A stretch of DNA of 64,000 bases from Vicugna vicugna (GCA_013265495.1 MU058844.1:15453878-15517877), one strand, 5' to 3'; positions 25,131-38,235 are shown, counted from the first letter of the stretch. Translations and numbers: made by a program. The notes: a model not told the origin generated them from the letters alone.

Positions 25131-26109
25131 TGAGATAGGAAAGGACAGATGCAACAAAAGCCCCTTTCAAAATTTCTCCAAGAATCTTTCCAGGCATTGT
25201 ACGGCTTTCTCTATTACAGCGGTCAGTTGGTCACATCCCTGCAAGTTAAAAAGGAACTACACTTTTGCAACTGTTTGGACTCCCAGGCAGGATTTTTCAT
25301 ACATCCATTTAAGAAATAGTTGCAGCATCATTTACGAGAAAGAACAGTTTTTGCTGTAGATATTCCATAATTTACACTTCTGGTAGCTTGGCAGAACTAA
25401 TTTGCCACACCAACACATGATCCTGTTTAACCCGGTGGGACGTAAGTTATTTTCATTGCTGTTAACTTTGCCGGCTTCCTCAGCACGTCTGATTGTCACA
25501 TAGAAGATGCCTACTTCCCAGGGCTTCATTCCTTTCTAAGGATTTGTTCCAGTTTATGAAATATTTTATCTGAAAAACCTGTAGAAAATTAGAAAAATGT
25601 CTAACCTTTTCCTCTAGATCTTCTATTAGTTGAACAAGGTGTGGATGGCAGAAATACAAAACATGCTTAAAGGGTTTGCCACAGTTTTTCCTTCAAGTTC
25701 CCAGTCAGTTGCATGCAAAGGGCATACTCCTACTTGGCTAGGTTTGGATCCTTTTATTACAGACTCTCACAGTAGCACTGACCATCCCCGTCCCCTTCAG
25801 AGTAATTTCGCCTTCGTGTGATTCTAAAATTAACACTCGTCTCCTTTGCTAAGCCATAGCCACTACGGATGCTGTGAGTTTTTGTCATGCTCTCTCCCAA
25901 CTGGATTATCAGATTTATTTGTTAACAACCATTCACATATTCTGAACACATACCCATTTTTAACTTTTAGAATATTATCTGTCCTCTCATTTTTCTATCA
26001 AACCTCATTTCTTATGAGCAATTTCAATACGAGTTTGGTACTTAGAAGATCAAAACCTAGCCAAGGAGAACTAGCCATCACCAACCACCTGCTGGAATTC
26101 TGGGCCCAT

Positions 26110-26320
26110 ATGTCAGCAGAAGAAGGTACTGGTTAAAAACATGGACTTTGGTATCAATCTGATACTCTACCACTTACTAGCTATATGGCCTTGGGCAAGT
26201 TATTTAACCTACAAAAGCCTCCATTTCCTATAAAAAAGAAGAGTATAATAAAATATGTTAGGTTCTATGTTGTATGATGTATTATATAATGTTCTGGGGC
26301 GGAAAGCATCAAGTGTTTGG
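26110..26320 (+). mobile_element. MIR SINE
   Basis: ggttaaaaacatggactttgg..ctctaccacttactagctatatggccttgggcaagttatttaacct. Confidence 0.85.
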
Positions 26321-27020
26321 CACAGAGAGAAGTAGGGGAGTTATTGTCACGACCACTGCTGTCATCATTATGTTTCCAGTTTTCCTCCAGCTATGGCCAT
26401 TCACCAGAGAAGGAGGGATGTTTAAGGTGGAAAGGCTATGCCAATGTTCTGTGTCTTGGCAACTGAAAGATACAAGACTGAGTAAGTCATATAGCAATTA
26501 ACAATGAATTCAAAGAACTGGGTACATTCAGCAAGAATACATGGAGAGAGAAGGGACAGGGTGATACTTGCATATGTGTCTGTTGAGTAGGTTAAATAAA
26601 GGAGTAAGTTGTTGTTTCAAAGAAAAAAGTACATGGAGCATGGGAAATAGTATATACCCTCCATCAAAGAAAAAAGATGACAGCACAGACTTGAATCCAG
26701 TATCTCTGGTTTTGGGTACCTTTTAGACTTGTGTGAGAGGAAACATATTCTTTTTTATAACTAACATGGGGCATGAGAAATGTATGGTAGCTATTCCCAT
26801 TTTACAGATCAGGCAATTAAGGCTCAGAGAAGGGACTCGTTGACAATCATATATCCAGCGAAAACACAGGTGCAGACCTAAACCAGATTTCCTCACTCCA
26901 CAGTCAACTTCAAAGTGCCCTTCTTACAGCACCAAGGTCAATCCCAAGGCCACACAGCTTGGCCTTCTTTGACCAAAGTTGCACATGCAATTTAGTTACA
27001 GTCACAAATTACCATCCTCA

Positions 27021-27123
27021 TCAATCCTGAGTACCTCCATTTTAAAAAAAAGTAAATAAATTTAAAAAATAAATAAACCTAATTACCTTCTCCCCAAAAA
27101 TAAAAATAAATACAAAAAATAAA
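27021..27123 (+). mobile_element. 5'-truncated camelid SINE (3' end and tail only)
   Basis: tcaatcctgagtacctccattttaaaaaaa..aaataaataaacctaattaccttctcccc..aaataaaaataaa, the same 3' end and tail as the copy at 4447-4580. Confidence 0.7.
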
Positions 27124-28661
27124 CAGCAGCTTAAAAAGGGAAAGAATTATGTTTTAAATTTTTTCAATTTTTTTAATTAAAAAAAGTGACCATCCTTAAC
27201 AATAAATAACCAGATATTGTTAGACTTCATCGTAAAGTGAACAGGGTCTCCTACTCAGGACACTGTAAGAGTATGTATTTGTCTACAAGCCAAAAAAAAA
27301 GCCAAAGGAGCCAAAAAGCATGCCAACAACCTTTTAAGGAAATTCTCTTACTAAAAGTAAAACAGAGAAAAGAAACAACGAAACATGTTTGCATTCATTG
27401 TTTCCAGACATCAAACAAAGTCACTCTGATGACAGCATTTCTAGTGCTACTCCTTTCAAGATTGCCATACAATGCTTAGAAAATTTCAGAAGCATAAAGG
27501 ACACCTATTTGTCTAATAAGGCCAATAAAATAATAAAACCACACAGATCAGAAATAAAACTACGTATTTCCATGATGATTGCAGAATATTTGTATGAGCA
27601 AATGAATTTCTGATGTGATGGTTAGCATTTTTAGGAATGCAAAGATATTCATAGGAAAAAATGGTCAAAATGCATGCTTAGCTAAACTCAACTTTTATGT
27701 ATGAGAAATCATAACTACGGTATAAAATCCATAGTAGAAATGAAACAGGATTATATCACTGACGATTGCTAATATTAATGGACCAGAGGGGACTACATTC
27801 CCTGAAGCTAAACATGTCAGAGGGGAAAGACATACAATTCAGCTCGAAAAAGCAAAATCCATTAACCATGAAATAGGGAAACAAAAAATCAAACTTTCCA
27901 TATACCATATCCTACTGGAAAAAAATTTATTAGCAAAAAAGACCTCTACTACACCAAATGTTCTCACCTCAAGACAAATATAAAAATAAATGATTTAAAG
28001 TCAAGAAAAATTTCAGAAAATTTATACAGTTAATATTATTTTGGCTACATAGATCCATCAAAGTACCAGCATACTTCTCTGAATGTACAAATCTCAAAAG
28101 AATGTATGTTGATTGAAGTGCACTTAAATACATTCTTTTTTGTTTAAGAAATGTATCATTTTGACTACTACAAATTTGATGTAAAGTGTTCCACGTTTTT
28201 GTTTCCATTGTGAAATTACCCCAAACAACATCCGAGCTGGAAAAGAAGTCCTAGCCTATCTAATAGGAAGAGCAGGAAAAATAAGAGAGATTTGGCTCCT
28301 TCAGTATACATAAATTTGCTATGATGAATAATGGCTTCTAAAATAATCTTTTAAAAATGGCGCACTTCAAAAAAGAACACAACGATTTTAATCCTAAAGG
28401 GTTCTTCACATAGCAGGACTCAGATCAATGTCATTGTCAGTCATCAGAGTAACTAATCATTTCACCAGTGGTCCAGGGTGATGCAGAAGAGAGATGGCAT
28501 AGTATACACATATGAAGAATTAAACCAGCAAACAGAGGCCCTTCTACTGCTCCAGTGGGATAAAAGAAGTAAATTCCAAGCTGAATGACATACATAAACT
28601 TTTAAAAAGCTGCACAACTCCCTAAAGCGCAAGTCTTTACTCACGCAAACAATAAAGCATT

Positions 28662-29223
28662 TGCGTGGGCAGCCTCTCTAAGACGCTCTCCAATGATGCC
28701 TGCCTGCTGGTAATCATCCTCTCGTGTCATCACTTCCTCTTGGGTATTAGCTACACCTGGCAACATGCTGCTCATGGGCAAATACGGCAAAAGTAATGGG
28801 ATGTCAATTCCAAGATCGGGTTGCAAAAGATTGTGACTTCTGTCTTGTACTCTGCCTGGCCCATCTAGCTTGCTCATTTTCATCAAGCCAACTTTCCTGT
28901 TGTGAGTTGCCCTATGGAGAGGCCCACAGGACAAAGAACTGAGAGCAGCCTCCAGCCAACACCAACAAGGAACTGAAGCCCTTAGTCCAACAACCCAACC
29001 AAGAACTGAACCCTGCCAACAATCACGGCGGTAGCTTGGAAGTAGCTCCGCCCCCATTAAGCCTTGAGAAGATGGCAGCCTCATGAGAAACCTTGAGCCA
29101 GAGGACCCAGTTAAACTGTGTCCACACCACGGACCCACAGAAACTGTGAAGGTAATACATCCTGTTACTCTAAGCCACCAAATTTTAGAGGTAATTTTGT
29201 TACACAGCAAAAAGTAACATACA
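28662..29223 (+). mobile_element. MaLR solo LTR (MLT1F-like)
   Basis: tgcgtgggcagcctctctaagacgctctccaatgatgcctgcctgctgg ... gttgccctatggagaggcccac ... ctgacccacag-like ggacccacagaaactgtga ... gtaattttgttacacagcaaaaagtaacataca. Confidence 0.9.
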
Positions 29224-29397
29224 ATATTCAACAAAAGTAACACCTTAATGACTTCATCTTTGAAGAAATATATTACTGATTTTAGAATGGAAAGATCCTT
29301 GTTTTCACCCCAACTCTTATTCCTCAGTTCTGGGACTTCAGTGTCTCTCATTTAGACTTGTCTCCTTGCTTCAAGCTCTGTCCCTCTGTTATCCATG

Positions 29398-29575
29398 TGT
29401 TATGAGTTTAGGTCCCTCAAACATTCGTATGTTGAAGTCCTAACCCTCAGAATGTGACCTTATTTGGAAAAAAGGTCATTGCAGATGTAATTAATTAAGA
29501 TGAGGTCATATTGCAATAGGTGGGTTGGCCCCTAATCCGATGTGAATGGTGTTCCTATAAAAAGGGGAAATTTGG

Positions 29576-29627
<52 letters not shown>

Positions 29628-29851
29628 TGTCCCATGAGACCAGAGTTAAGCTGCCACAAGCCTAGGAGCTACCAGAAGCTAAGAGAGAGGCTTAAAACAG
29701 ATTCTTCGCTGGCACCTTCAGAGGGTGCGCTGCCCTTCCGACACCTTAAACTCAGACTTCTAGCCTCCAGAACTGTGAGACAATAAATGTCTGTTGTTTG
29801 AGATATTCAGTTTGTGATATTTCATTACAGCAGCCCTAGCAAATGAATATA
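29398..29851 (+). mobile_element. MaLR solo LTR (MLT1B-like)
   Basis: tgttatgagt..gtatgttgaagtcctaaccctcagaatgtgaccttatttggaaa ... ctagcctccagaactgtgagacaataaatgtctgttgttt ... cagcagccctagcaaatgaatata. Confidence 0.9.
29576..29624 (+). repeat. (CA)n microsatellite, about 24 units with one interruption
   Basis: Directly visible inside the MLT1B-like LTR. Confidence 0.97.
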
Positions 29852-30954
29852 TCATCTTCTACACAGCTTGCCAAGGAGATCTGTTTGAAATATGAACCTC
29901 ACCACGTCATAACGTCTATCCATTCATTTATTCAATAAATACATACTCAGTACCTCCTACATGAAAGGCTCTGAGTTAGGTACTAGATATTCAGCAGTAA
30001 ACAAGAAATACAGCTGCAACACAGCTGAAGGATGAATTAACATAAGTATGTCCCTCTTAGAGGAACAATTAGACAAAAGTACAACACAGGAGCAGACACA
30101 TCCATTGGTTTTATCTGGGTGGAAGAATTACGTTTAAGGGTGTGCCAGCTGGATTTCAGCCTGCATTTCCACCCTCTTGGCTGGATGCTTTTCCAAGAAG
30201 ACAACTCACACAGTCATTAAAGGCAGACCTGAGTAAAGACCTCTACTTCTCAACCCTCACAGCTCCTTCAAAACTTAGATCCCTCCATGACTCTCCATCA
30301 CCTCCTTGTTGGGGATATGCAACCCAGGATCTCACGCTCAAACAGCCTGGGGAGTGGTTGGCAGGAGCCGGCTCCTACCACAGGTCTCAAAGTCCACCAA
30401 ATGACCCATAACAGAAAGGAGAATGATAGAATCTTTTAAAGGTCTCCCGACAGCAGATCACCCCAGGCATGAAATTTCTGTTCTGTGAGGCATTTTCTTT
30501 GAAAAATAAATGCAAATTTTACATACTACTCCGTGATATATTCACTCTTATTTTAATAGAAAAATACTGGATATTCCTCTCCAACATCTGCGTAAAACTG
30601 ATGTTGTACCAAGATGTGTTGGGCTAATTTCATAGTTTCAACTGAAGAATGCTCATCATGTGTATTTGAGAAGTACAGAGAGCAAACTAGAAAGCGTCCT
30701 CGATCTGGCCTCAGAATTATCTTTCAATGTGAGGCACCAGGGCTTCCACTCTGGCCCCCTGCTTTTGATGGCCTCTCTCTTCCTCTCCTTCAGCTGAGTC
30801 TCTCCCCAGGGGATGAAGAACCCTTGGAGCCCAGGGGGTGGGACAAGGTGGAGCCCACACAACCCCTAACCCCACTGACAACAGACCAAGCTCCTGATAC
30901 CCGAGAATCCAGAATTCCATACCTAATCAGCCCAGACAGTGCTGTTCTGGAAAT

Positions 30955-31380
30955 GGCTCCTACTGGTTCACAGAAGTCCATTGTTAAATTTTTAGAAATT
31001 TTGCCTGCGTAGCCTGAAGTTGGCCATGGTAACATTACTTACATCTCAAAAATCAGCAAACGTTAAAAATCAGGACTTGATTTATTGTTTTCTTGATTCT
31101 TTAGGCATAAGAAAGTGGCTGAGAAGATGTTAATAATGCAGATTAAACTCAGAAATGTGTTGTGTCTCTAGACATTACACATAGGCACAAAAAAATTATA
31201 GAGACATTTGTTTAGTATTCAAAAACTATTATATAATTTAGCAAAGAAGTCACCCATGTCATTGAGGAGAGAGTAAAGTTCCACTTCATTGTTTCACTTT
31301 CATCGTACTCATTAATATAAATAAAAATGTCAACCACCATGCACGTAGGAACTGTACTCAGAAAGACAGTTGTTACATCT
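30955..31380. mobile_element. hAT-Blackjack (MER63-like) fragment
   Basis: ttggccatgg..aaatcaggacttgatttattgttttcttgatt ... atgttaataatgcagattaaact ... agcaaagaagtcacccatgtcattgag, resembling recalled MER63C/D. Confidence 0.6.
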
Positions 31381-31482
31381 TTACACACTACTTGGCCCAG
31401 AACCCATTTCCAAGGCCAACACTGGGCTGTTTGTTGATCCTTCCTCCCAAGAGTGGACCACGCGACCTGGGGTGTGCATCTG

Positions 31483-31967
31483 TGTTGCCAGAGAATAGGT
31501 TTTTGCCTCATGCAGGAAAGAATTCAAGAGCGAGGCATAGCAAAGTGAAAGCAAGTTTATTTAGAGAGATACACACTCCACAGACAAAGTGTGGTCCGTC
31601 TCCCTGAGAAGGGAGAGCGGCTTAAGAGATACACACTCCATGGGCAGAACGCAGGCCACCTCAGAAGGCAAGACAGTGACCACGGGGTGCAGGGTTGTTA
31701 GTTTTTATGGGCTCAGTAATTTCATATGCTAACGAATAGGAGGATTAGTCCAATTATGTTGGAGAAGGGGCGGGGAATTCCAGGAATTGGGCCCCGCCCA
31801 CCTTTTGACCTTTTATGGCCAGCCTAGGAACTGTGGGTATGCTATGAGGCTCAAGGTCCACCGGAAGTCAAATCTTCCGCCATCTTGGTTCTAACCAGTT
31901 TGTTTTGTCCTCAGTGGCTATGTCATTCTTTCCATGGTTGGGCCCTGACCCCTTCCCTCTTGTCTCA
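31483..31967 (-). mobile_element. ERV1-class solo LTR (MER41-like artiodactyl family)
   Basis: TG...CA ends (tgttgccagag ... cttgtctca), 4-bp TSD tctg/cctg, minus-strand AATAAA at 31556-31561, and MER41-type motifs aattcaagagcgag, atttcatatgctaa, cttccgccatcttg. Confidence 0.8.
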
Positions 31968-32340
31968 CCTGTAGAGACAGATGGGCAGCCCAAGGTGTTC
32001 ACCTATAGGCAAGGTGTCCCTCGTGCTGCTTGCCCAAGCCAGGAGTGGGCAGACAAAAGGACTGCAGCTGGTCAGAGCTTTGCAACGGGGACTTGAGCTT
32101 GGCTCCTGCTTGTACCCCGACCCAGTTCCACATGGATTAGAGGCAGTCCAGACTCCATTCCACTCTCTCTGATTATCTTGCCTTGTGGATGCCAGCAGCA
32201 CAAGACTGCTTGCAATTCCCGACACCCCCCACATCATGGTGTTCTCACCAACAACCCCTTGCTGGTGTTGCCAACTTGCATGGGAGGCACCTTTATTTCC
32301 ATCATCCTATCACCAGAAACCAACCCAGGGTCTAGCACAC
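31968..32340. mobile_element. Probable older LTR remnant hosting the ERV1 LTR (continues at about 31385-31482)
   Basis: GC-richer LTR-like composition on both sides of the TSD; family not identified. Confidence 0.35.
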
Positions 32341-33486
32341 AGTAGGACTGGAAAGTTTGACTTGAATTAACAAAAAAATTTTATGGGCACTAGTACTTGA
32401 TCCGTTACTTATTATCTATGTGGCATTAATTAGGTCTTTAGGCTTCAGTTTCCTTAGTAGTGAGAATAAATCTCACCCTGCTGTAAAGATTAAATAAGAT
32501 ATTATATGTGATATCTATGGAAAGATTAATTAAGCACCTAGTTGCTAGGCACTGTGCTTCGTGCTTCACACAGACCGTCTCATTTTAATCCTCTCAGACT
32601 TCAACACTAGGAGGTAGGTACTATTGTTAAGCTCATTTTAGAAAGGCAAGAACTGAGGCTTAAGAAATTATGTTCACATAATAGGTCTCAAATAATAGCT
32701 TTCATCTACTCCTACAGAAAGCAATAATATATTTGGGTCAGTATTTAACCTGCAATAAATTCCAACAAAGAAGTTATTAAAAATTAATAAAGAAGCAGCT
32801 CACCTAATCTGATCATACGTTTAGTAAATCTTACACTGAGAGCAAATATTAGTGAGTCCAATGAAAACAAATTATAAAAAAGTAATCAATACAGTCAGAG
32901 GAGATGAATATGGTTCTATTGTAAAGTGGCTTTAGATAGATAATACCAACAATCACAAAGTAAGTTTTCAACGAAAACAACATAATATAAATGATTAACG
33001 ACAAGTTATAAACTAGCTGGTGGTTCTCCAGCCCTGAGAAGGGCTCTCTCCTTTTAGAATCAATGAGCAAGAAGACACTTTAGGAAGCTGAATTCTTTTT
33101 TTTTTTTTGATCCTTTAAGTCTCTCTGTACCATATCCTTAGTCACACTACTTGTTTTTTTGCTTCCAAAAAAAAACCTCTAAGAGAGGATATTCATTAAG
33201 AAGAGTATCAACCATCAGATGTGAACTACCTTAAGTAACTGGCACTGACAACTCTTGGCACAACAAACAGGAGGCTACCTAAAATTAAATTGAAAGTAAC
33301 AGATAATAATGTTGACAATTACACCTGGCCTAGGACAAGAAAACCCGGGCTGCTGTGGAGCATCGTAAGAATAATGTAAACCTTAATATTTAAATTTGCA
33401 AATCAGTACATATGTGGAGAAGAGACTTTCTCTGATTTCTTCTTTGAGCCATTCATGTTGACATCCCCAATATATGTTATTTAAAC

Positions 33487-33715
33487 AGCACAGGGACGAA
33501 GAGCATAGACGGGAGAGCCTGACTGCTTGGATTGGAATCCTGACTCTGACAGTTACCAGCTGTGTTATATAACTTCCTTGTTCCTCAGCCCGTTCACCTA
33601 CAAAATGGAGACAGAAATAAAACCCACCTCATGGGGCATCAGTAGTGTTATATGTAAAGCACCTTGAACAATGCCTAGCACATCACAAATGCTATACGTT
33701 GGCTGTAATTACTAG
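33487..33715 (+). mobile_element. MIR SINE
   Basis: gattggaatcctgactctgacagttaccagctgtg..gttcctcagcccgttcacctacaaaatggag ... tgtaaagcaccttgaacaatgcctagcaca. Confidence 0.85.
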
Positions 33716-33742
33716 CATTATCACTGACGTTAAATAATGTCT

Positions 33743-34108
33743 TGTCATGGACTATATGTTGGACTTAAAATTCATATGTTGACATCCCAACCCCTGATGT
33801 GATGATATTTGGATGTGGAGCCTTTGGGAGGTAGTTAGGTTTGGATGAGGCCATGAGGGTGGGGACCTCATGATGGGATTAGTGCCCTTATCAGAACTGA
33901 CTAGAGAGCTAGCTTGCTCTCTCCACCATGTGAGGATACAGCAAGAAGGCTGTCATCTGCCAACAAGGAAGAAGGCCCTCACCAGATACCAATCTGCCGG
34001 TACCTTTAGCTTGGACATCCAAGCCTCCAGAACTGTGAGGAATAACTGTTTATTGTTTAAATCACCCACTCCACAGTATTGTTATGGCAGCCTGAACTGA
34101 GTAAGACA
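33743..34108 (+). mobile_element. MaLR solo LTR (MLT1A0-like)
   Basis: tgtcatggact..aaattcatatgttgacatcccaaccc ... catgatgggattagtgcccttat ... agcctccagaactgtgaggaataa ... ggcagcctgaactgagtaagaca; 5-bp TSD tgtct/tatct. Confidence 0.92.
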
Positions 34109-35189
34109 TATCTCAAAGCCTAGTTGCTACAATGGCTGAGTTCCTAAAAACTGAAAAAAAAAATCTGAGAGTCATGTCTATAGAACTATATTACATGCCA
34201 CTGTAATGAAGAAAGAGAATCAATGAATGTGTTCTACTTACTATATATGTCCAACTCCATCTTCCTCCAATATTAAGAAAGACAACAGAAATAACTCTTC
34301 CTCAGAGGTATTAGCTACATCTACTTATAAAATACATAAATTATACATCAGCGGTGGTCTCTTTATTCATTAATTGCTTACAGGCACTAGTTAATGAAAA
34401 TAAAAAAGATACATTCTTCCAATTCCATACCTCAATCACCTACACTAACCATATTCTCTTCATTATTGTTTTCTTTAGAAAATGGACAGCATGTACTTAA
34501 AAATATAATTTTGGGAGAAATACACTTTTTCAATAGATGCAGGGAACTTCTCTCCTCTTGAAAATTTATTCTGCTCTCTGAGAGTTCAAAACACTGAAAA
34601 TTAGCTTGGAGTACACATCTAGAAGGAAATGATTAGCTGAGAACTAAAACAAACCTTTAGCTCTGGTAGATTTAACTTGTTTCATTTATACCATACTTGT
34701 CAAGTATTTGCCAGTCTGAAAAAAAGAGTTTATCCCTAGTTTTCTTTAAATTAGGATATTGTATAATGATGCAAATAAGTGAACAGAATCAAAATATAAC
34801 AATAAAACACACTAAAATTTAGGAAGACAAATACAAATATTGGCAATTCTTCCTCTAAATGAGCTCAAACTTTATTTCAAACAGCTCCATATCCACAGAA
34901 ATTTGGGATTTTTTTTAAGGTCTTTTCTTATTTAAATCTTGAGCACTGATTTTGAATTGTGTTCCAATCTTTTCTACCATTTATCTATTTCCTGTTGTTC
35001 TGTAGCTCACCACTTCCATAGACTAGTTCTTTCAAAACATTTTTCAAGTATTTTCTTCTGAATATATACCCATAACTTACCAGTCCAGAATTTTCAAGAA
35101 GTATGATATTCTGTTTGTTTTTAGAAACGATTCTTTTAGAACTGTCTTTGTAAACATCAGATTCATCTTTTACTAGTGGATATTATTTG

Positions 35190-35480
35190 TCCACAGTTTT
35201 TAAATCCTGTTGATACTACCTTCCAAACAGCTTTTGAATACTGCCTCATGGCTCTATCCTTACTAGCATCTCGAAACCCAGCCCCTCACCATGTCTCATC
35301 TAGATCAAGGTACTAATTGTATAACTCTCTCTGCTTCCAATCTTAGCTTCTTCCAATTCATCTTATTAGGAAGGTTTTTAAAATTTTTTGCAAGACAAAA
35401 ATCTTGTAACATCTTTAATCTTGCTTAAAACTCACCAGTTACTCTTTCATCTTTAGAATAACCTCTTAATCCATTAATGT
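35190..35480 (+). mobile_element. L2 fragment
   Basis: atcctgttgatactaccttccaaa ... ccctcaccatgtctcatctagat ... tgcttaaaactcaccagtt. Confidence 0.55.
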
Positions 35481-35489
35481 GGTTAATAT

Positions 35490-35770
35490 GGTAGACTAGT
35501 TAGGAAATTTCTTTGCAAGTAACAGAAACAACTTTGAACTTAAGGAAGGACACAAGGTGGCTCACAAAATCAAGGGAAAGACTGATTAAATAGGCTTAGA
35601 AAAGGAGGCTCCAGACTGCAGAAACATATGCATGGTCTCTTCAGAACATCAGCCATATCAGTCTTCAGGTCACTCAACTCATATTCAAATACCATGAACA
35701 GAGCATATGCTGGGCTGGGTTTAAGGCATCTGGCCATCCCATGATATCTCATAAGACTGTATCCAATGGG
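35490..35770 (-). mobile_element. Old MaLR LTR fragment (MLT1-type)
   Basis: gttaggaaatttctttgcaagtaacagaaacaact..ggtggctcacaaaatc, typical reverse-strand end of an old MLT1. Confidence 0.55.
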
Positions 35771-35789
35771 AGGTGATAGTTTTCATAGC

Positions 35790-36243
35790 AGAAATTGCTA
35801 ATTGTTCACAATATTCTCTCTTTTCATCACTATGTACACACTACATTATCCTCCCAAACATCATGTGACCATATGATTAAGTTCTGGCCAACGGAGCATA
35901 AGTGGAAGTTGTTGCGTGGGACTTCTGGGAAGTACCTTTAAAGAGAGGGGGCATGCCTTTTTCTCCCCTTCCTTCCTTCTGCTGGCTGGAATGCTGAAGG
36001 AATAGAGGGGTCCAGCAGCCATCTTGGATGGACATCAAGTGGCTTTGGGGATGGAAGTCATCTCTGGTGGAATAATAGCATAGGGTACCAGCTGGGTCCC
36101 CGACAACATGAAGTAACATAGCAACACTAGATTGACTACCTCTATACCTTTTTTATATGAGAGAGAAATGGACACATTTCTAGTTTAAGACACTATTATT
36201 TATGGTGTTTCAATTACTTAAACCTAAATCTAAACTGAATTCA
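35790..36243 (+). mobile_element. MaLR solo LTR (MLT1J/I-like)
   Basis: catgtgaccatatgattaagttctggccaacggagcataagtggaagt..gggacttctgggaag ... cagcagccatcttgg ... gagagagaaat..gtttaagacactattattt. Confidence 0.8.
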
Positions 36244-36639
36244 AGCCATTGTTCATAGCAACTCAGAGTGTTAATATTGGAAGAAAGAATAATGGATCCT
36301 GGACAGGCATAAAACAACAGATGCCCACTGGACACAGCCATTCATGACTTTCACTCCACTTGCCTTTCCCCTCATTTTATGCAGAGCTCATGTCTATTTA
36401 GGATTTCTCAAATATATCAAGCTCTCTTAGCAAAAAACATGTGGTTGCTTGGATTGCTTTTATCCCCTTCATCTGACTGACTAACTTGTACACACACAAA
36501 TGTCAGGTCATCAGTCCTCACTTTCTTATTGTTTTCTGGGTTCCCATATTCCAAGGGGAGTCTTTTATTCTTCCTTCAAATTCTCATATGACTCGGCGAC
36601 TTCACCACTATACTTACCATATTTGCTTTTAATGACTGG

Positions 36640-36960
36640 TTTTCTTGCAGAGAAAGAAGCTGACTTGCAATGCAGTTGCACCTGAGGCTTCAGCCCATCC
36701 TACGGGGAGCTCTGGGGCTGGGGAAGCTCTTCAGAGTTGTCACAAATTGAGGTGATGGGCAAACCCTGCTATTTTTACATGAGCCAGTTATTTAATTTGC
36801 CCCTATCACTACCCTGCCTCACCTCCCTGGGAGATAAACTTCAGTGAGACAGATACCTGTGGCCAAGGGCAATTCCCAGTGGGGGATTCAACTATGATCC
36901 TTCAGCTGCAAATGTCCTCAGTAGCTGGGGGATGGGTGAGCACCACAGAATCTTCTATAG
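36640..36960 (-). mobile_element. ERVL-class LTR fragment related to 7093-7568
   Basis: ttcagcccatcctacggggagctctgggg..ttcagagttgtcacaaattgagg, the same internal motif as the 7.1-kb copy. Confidence 0.55.
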
Positions 36961-37809
36961 TCAGAGACTGGGTGTTTCCATTTGCAAATAGGCAATGCCT
37001 GAAATAATGAAACAATTATTTCATTCTAGATGTATGGATTGATGGACAACCAAGCCAATAAATGATGATGTCTGTTTTCAGGCAGAGAGGATAAAATCAA
37101 TTAGGAAGAAACAGAAAATGCTTGTGAAGATGATAATTATGGAAACAAAGTCCTGCTAGAGAAAGGGTGACAGAGCTGGAGTACCGTATCAGCTCTAGGC
37201 TGACATTCCTTAAGGATCAGGTAAATGAGATCCCCAAAGAGGTTAAATGGCCTTACCAAGGAACACCGCCAGCATGAAAAATAACAGAGTAGGAGTGAGA
37301 GTTTAGGCATATGTAGAGCAGGACAGTCTTGAAGAATAGGAATAATACTTCATTTGTTAAGATAACAATCAAAGAAGCCAGTATCGATTTAAAAAGGAAA
37401 AAATACTGAGGTGAAAGGGAAAAGGAGAGAATTTGAAGGTGTAACGTTAATATTTTCTGCAAAATAGGAGGTAAAGATAATTAGTGGAAATTGAATCAAA
37501 GTGTGTTAAGAGCAGCAGAAGGGTGAAATTTTATATAAATGTTATAGAAGTGTGCCAAGAAATTAAGAGCTACAAAGTAGGTGGTACTTTAGATAGGGGG
37601 TCATCCAACCATGCTGGAAGTTCAGATAGAGTGAGATGATAATTATTTGCCATATACCAGGTCGCAATGTTTAATGCTTAAAAGAGAAAAGTTATTTCTT
37701 GAATTTTCATTTTTAAAATATTCTACTGAAAACAGATAGACTGAATTTGTTTAATTTAATATGATCCTTTTCTCCTATGCAAGGCCAATTTCTTTGTCAC
37801 CTAATGCCA

Positions 37810-38235
37810 TAGTTTACCTTAGCATTCACTCCTGGTGTTGAATATTCTACAGACTTTGACAAATGTATAATGACATACATCCATCATTGTATCATACTGC
37901 CTTAAAAATCCTCTGTGCTCTGCCTGTTCATCTCTCTCCACTATCCACCCCAAATCCCTAGCAACCACTGATCATTTTATTGCCTTCAAGTTTTTTTTCG
38001 TCTCCAAAATGTTATATAGTTGGAATCACACAGTATGTAGCCTTTTCAGATTGGCTTTTTCGCTTAGTAACATCCATTTAAGGTTCCTCCATGTCTTTTC
38101 ATGGCTAGATAGTTCATTTCCTTTTAGCGCCGAATAATATTCCATTGTCTGGTGATACTAAAATTTATTTATCCATTTACCGACGGAAGGATATCTTAGT
38201 TGTTCCCGAGTTTTGGCCATTATGAGTAAGGCCAA
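37810..38235 (-). mobile_element. L1MC-type 3' end
   Basis: actttgacaaatgtataatgacatacatccatcattg..gccttaaaaatcctctgtgctctgcct ... gttggaatcacacagtatgtagccttttcagattggc. Confidence 0.85.

Noticed and set aside
28641-29351. 236-aa minus-strand ORF, the longest in the track
   Set aside because: Runs antisense through the MLT1F-like LTR; chance ORF.
30614-31012. 132-aa + strand ORF with exon-like composition
   Set aside because: No homology recognised; its end overlaps the MER63-like DNA transposon fragment.
35067-35100. Strong minus-strand donor CTG|GTAAGT with a possible 30-nt micro-exon
   Set aside because: The nearest upstream AG lacks a polypyrimidine tract (aaacaaacag), and the peptide is not TRHDE-like.
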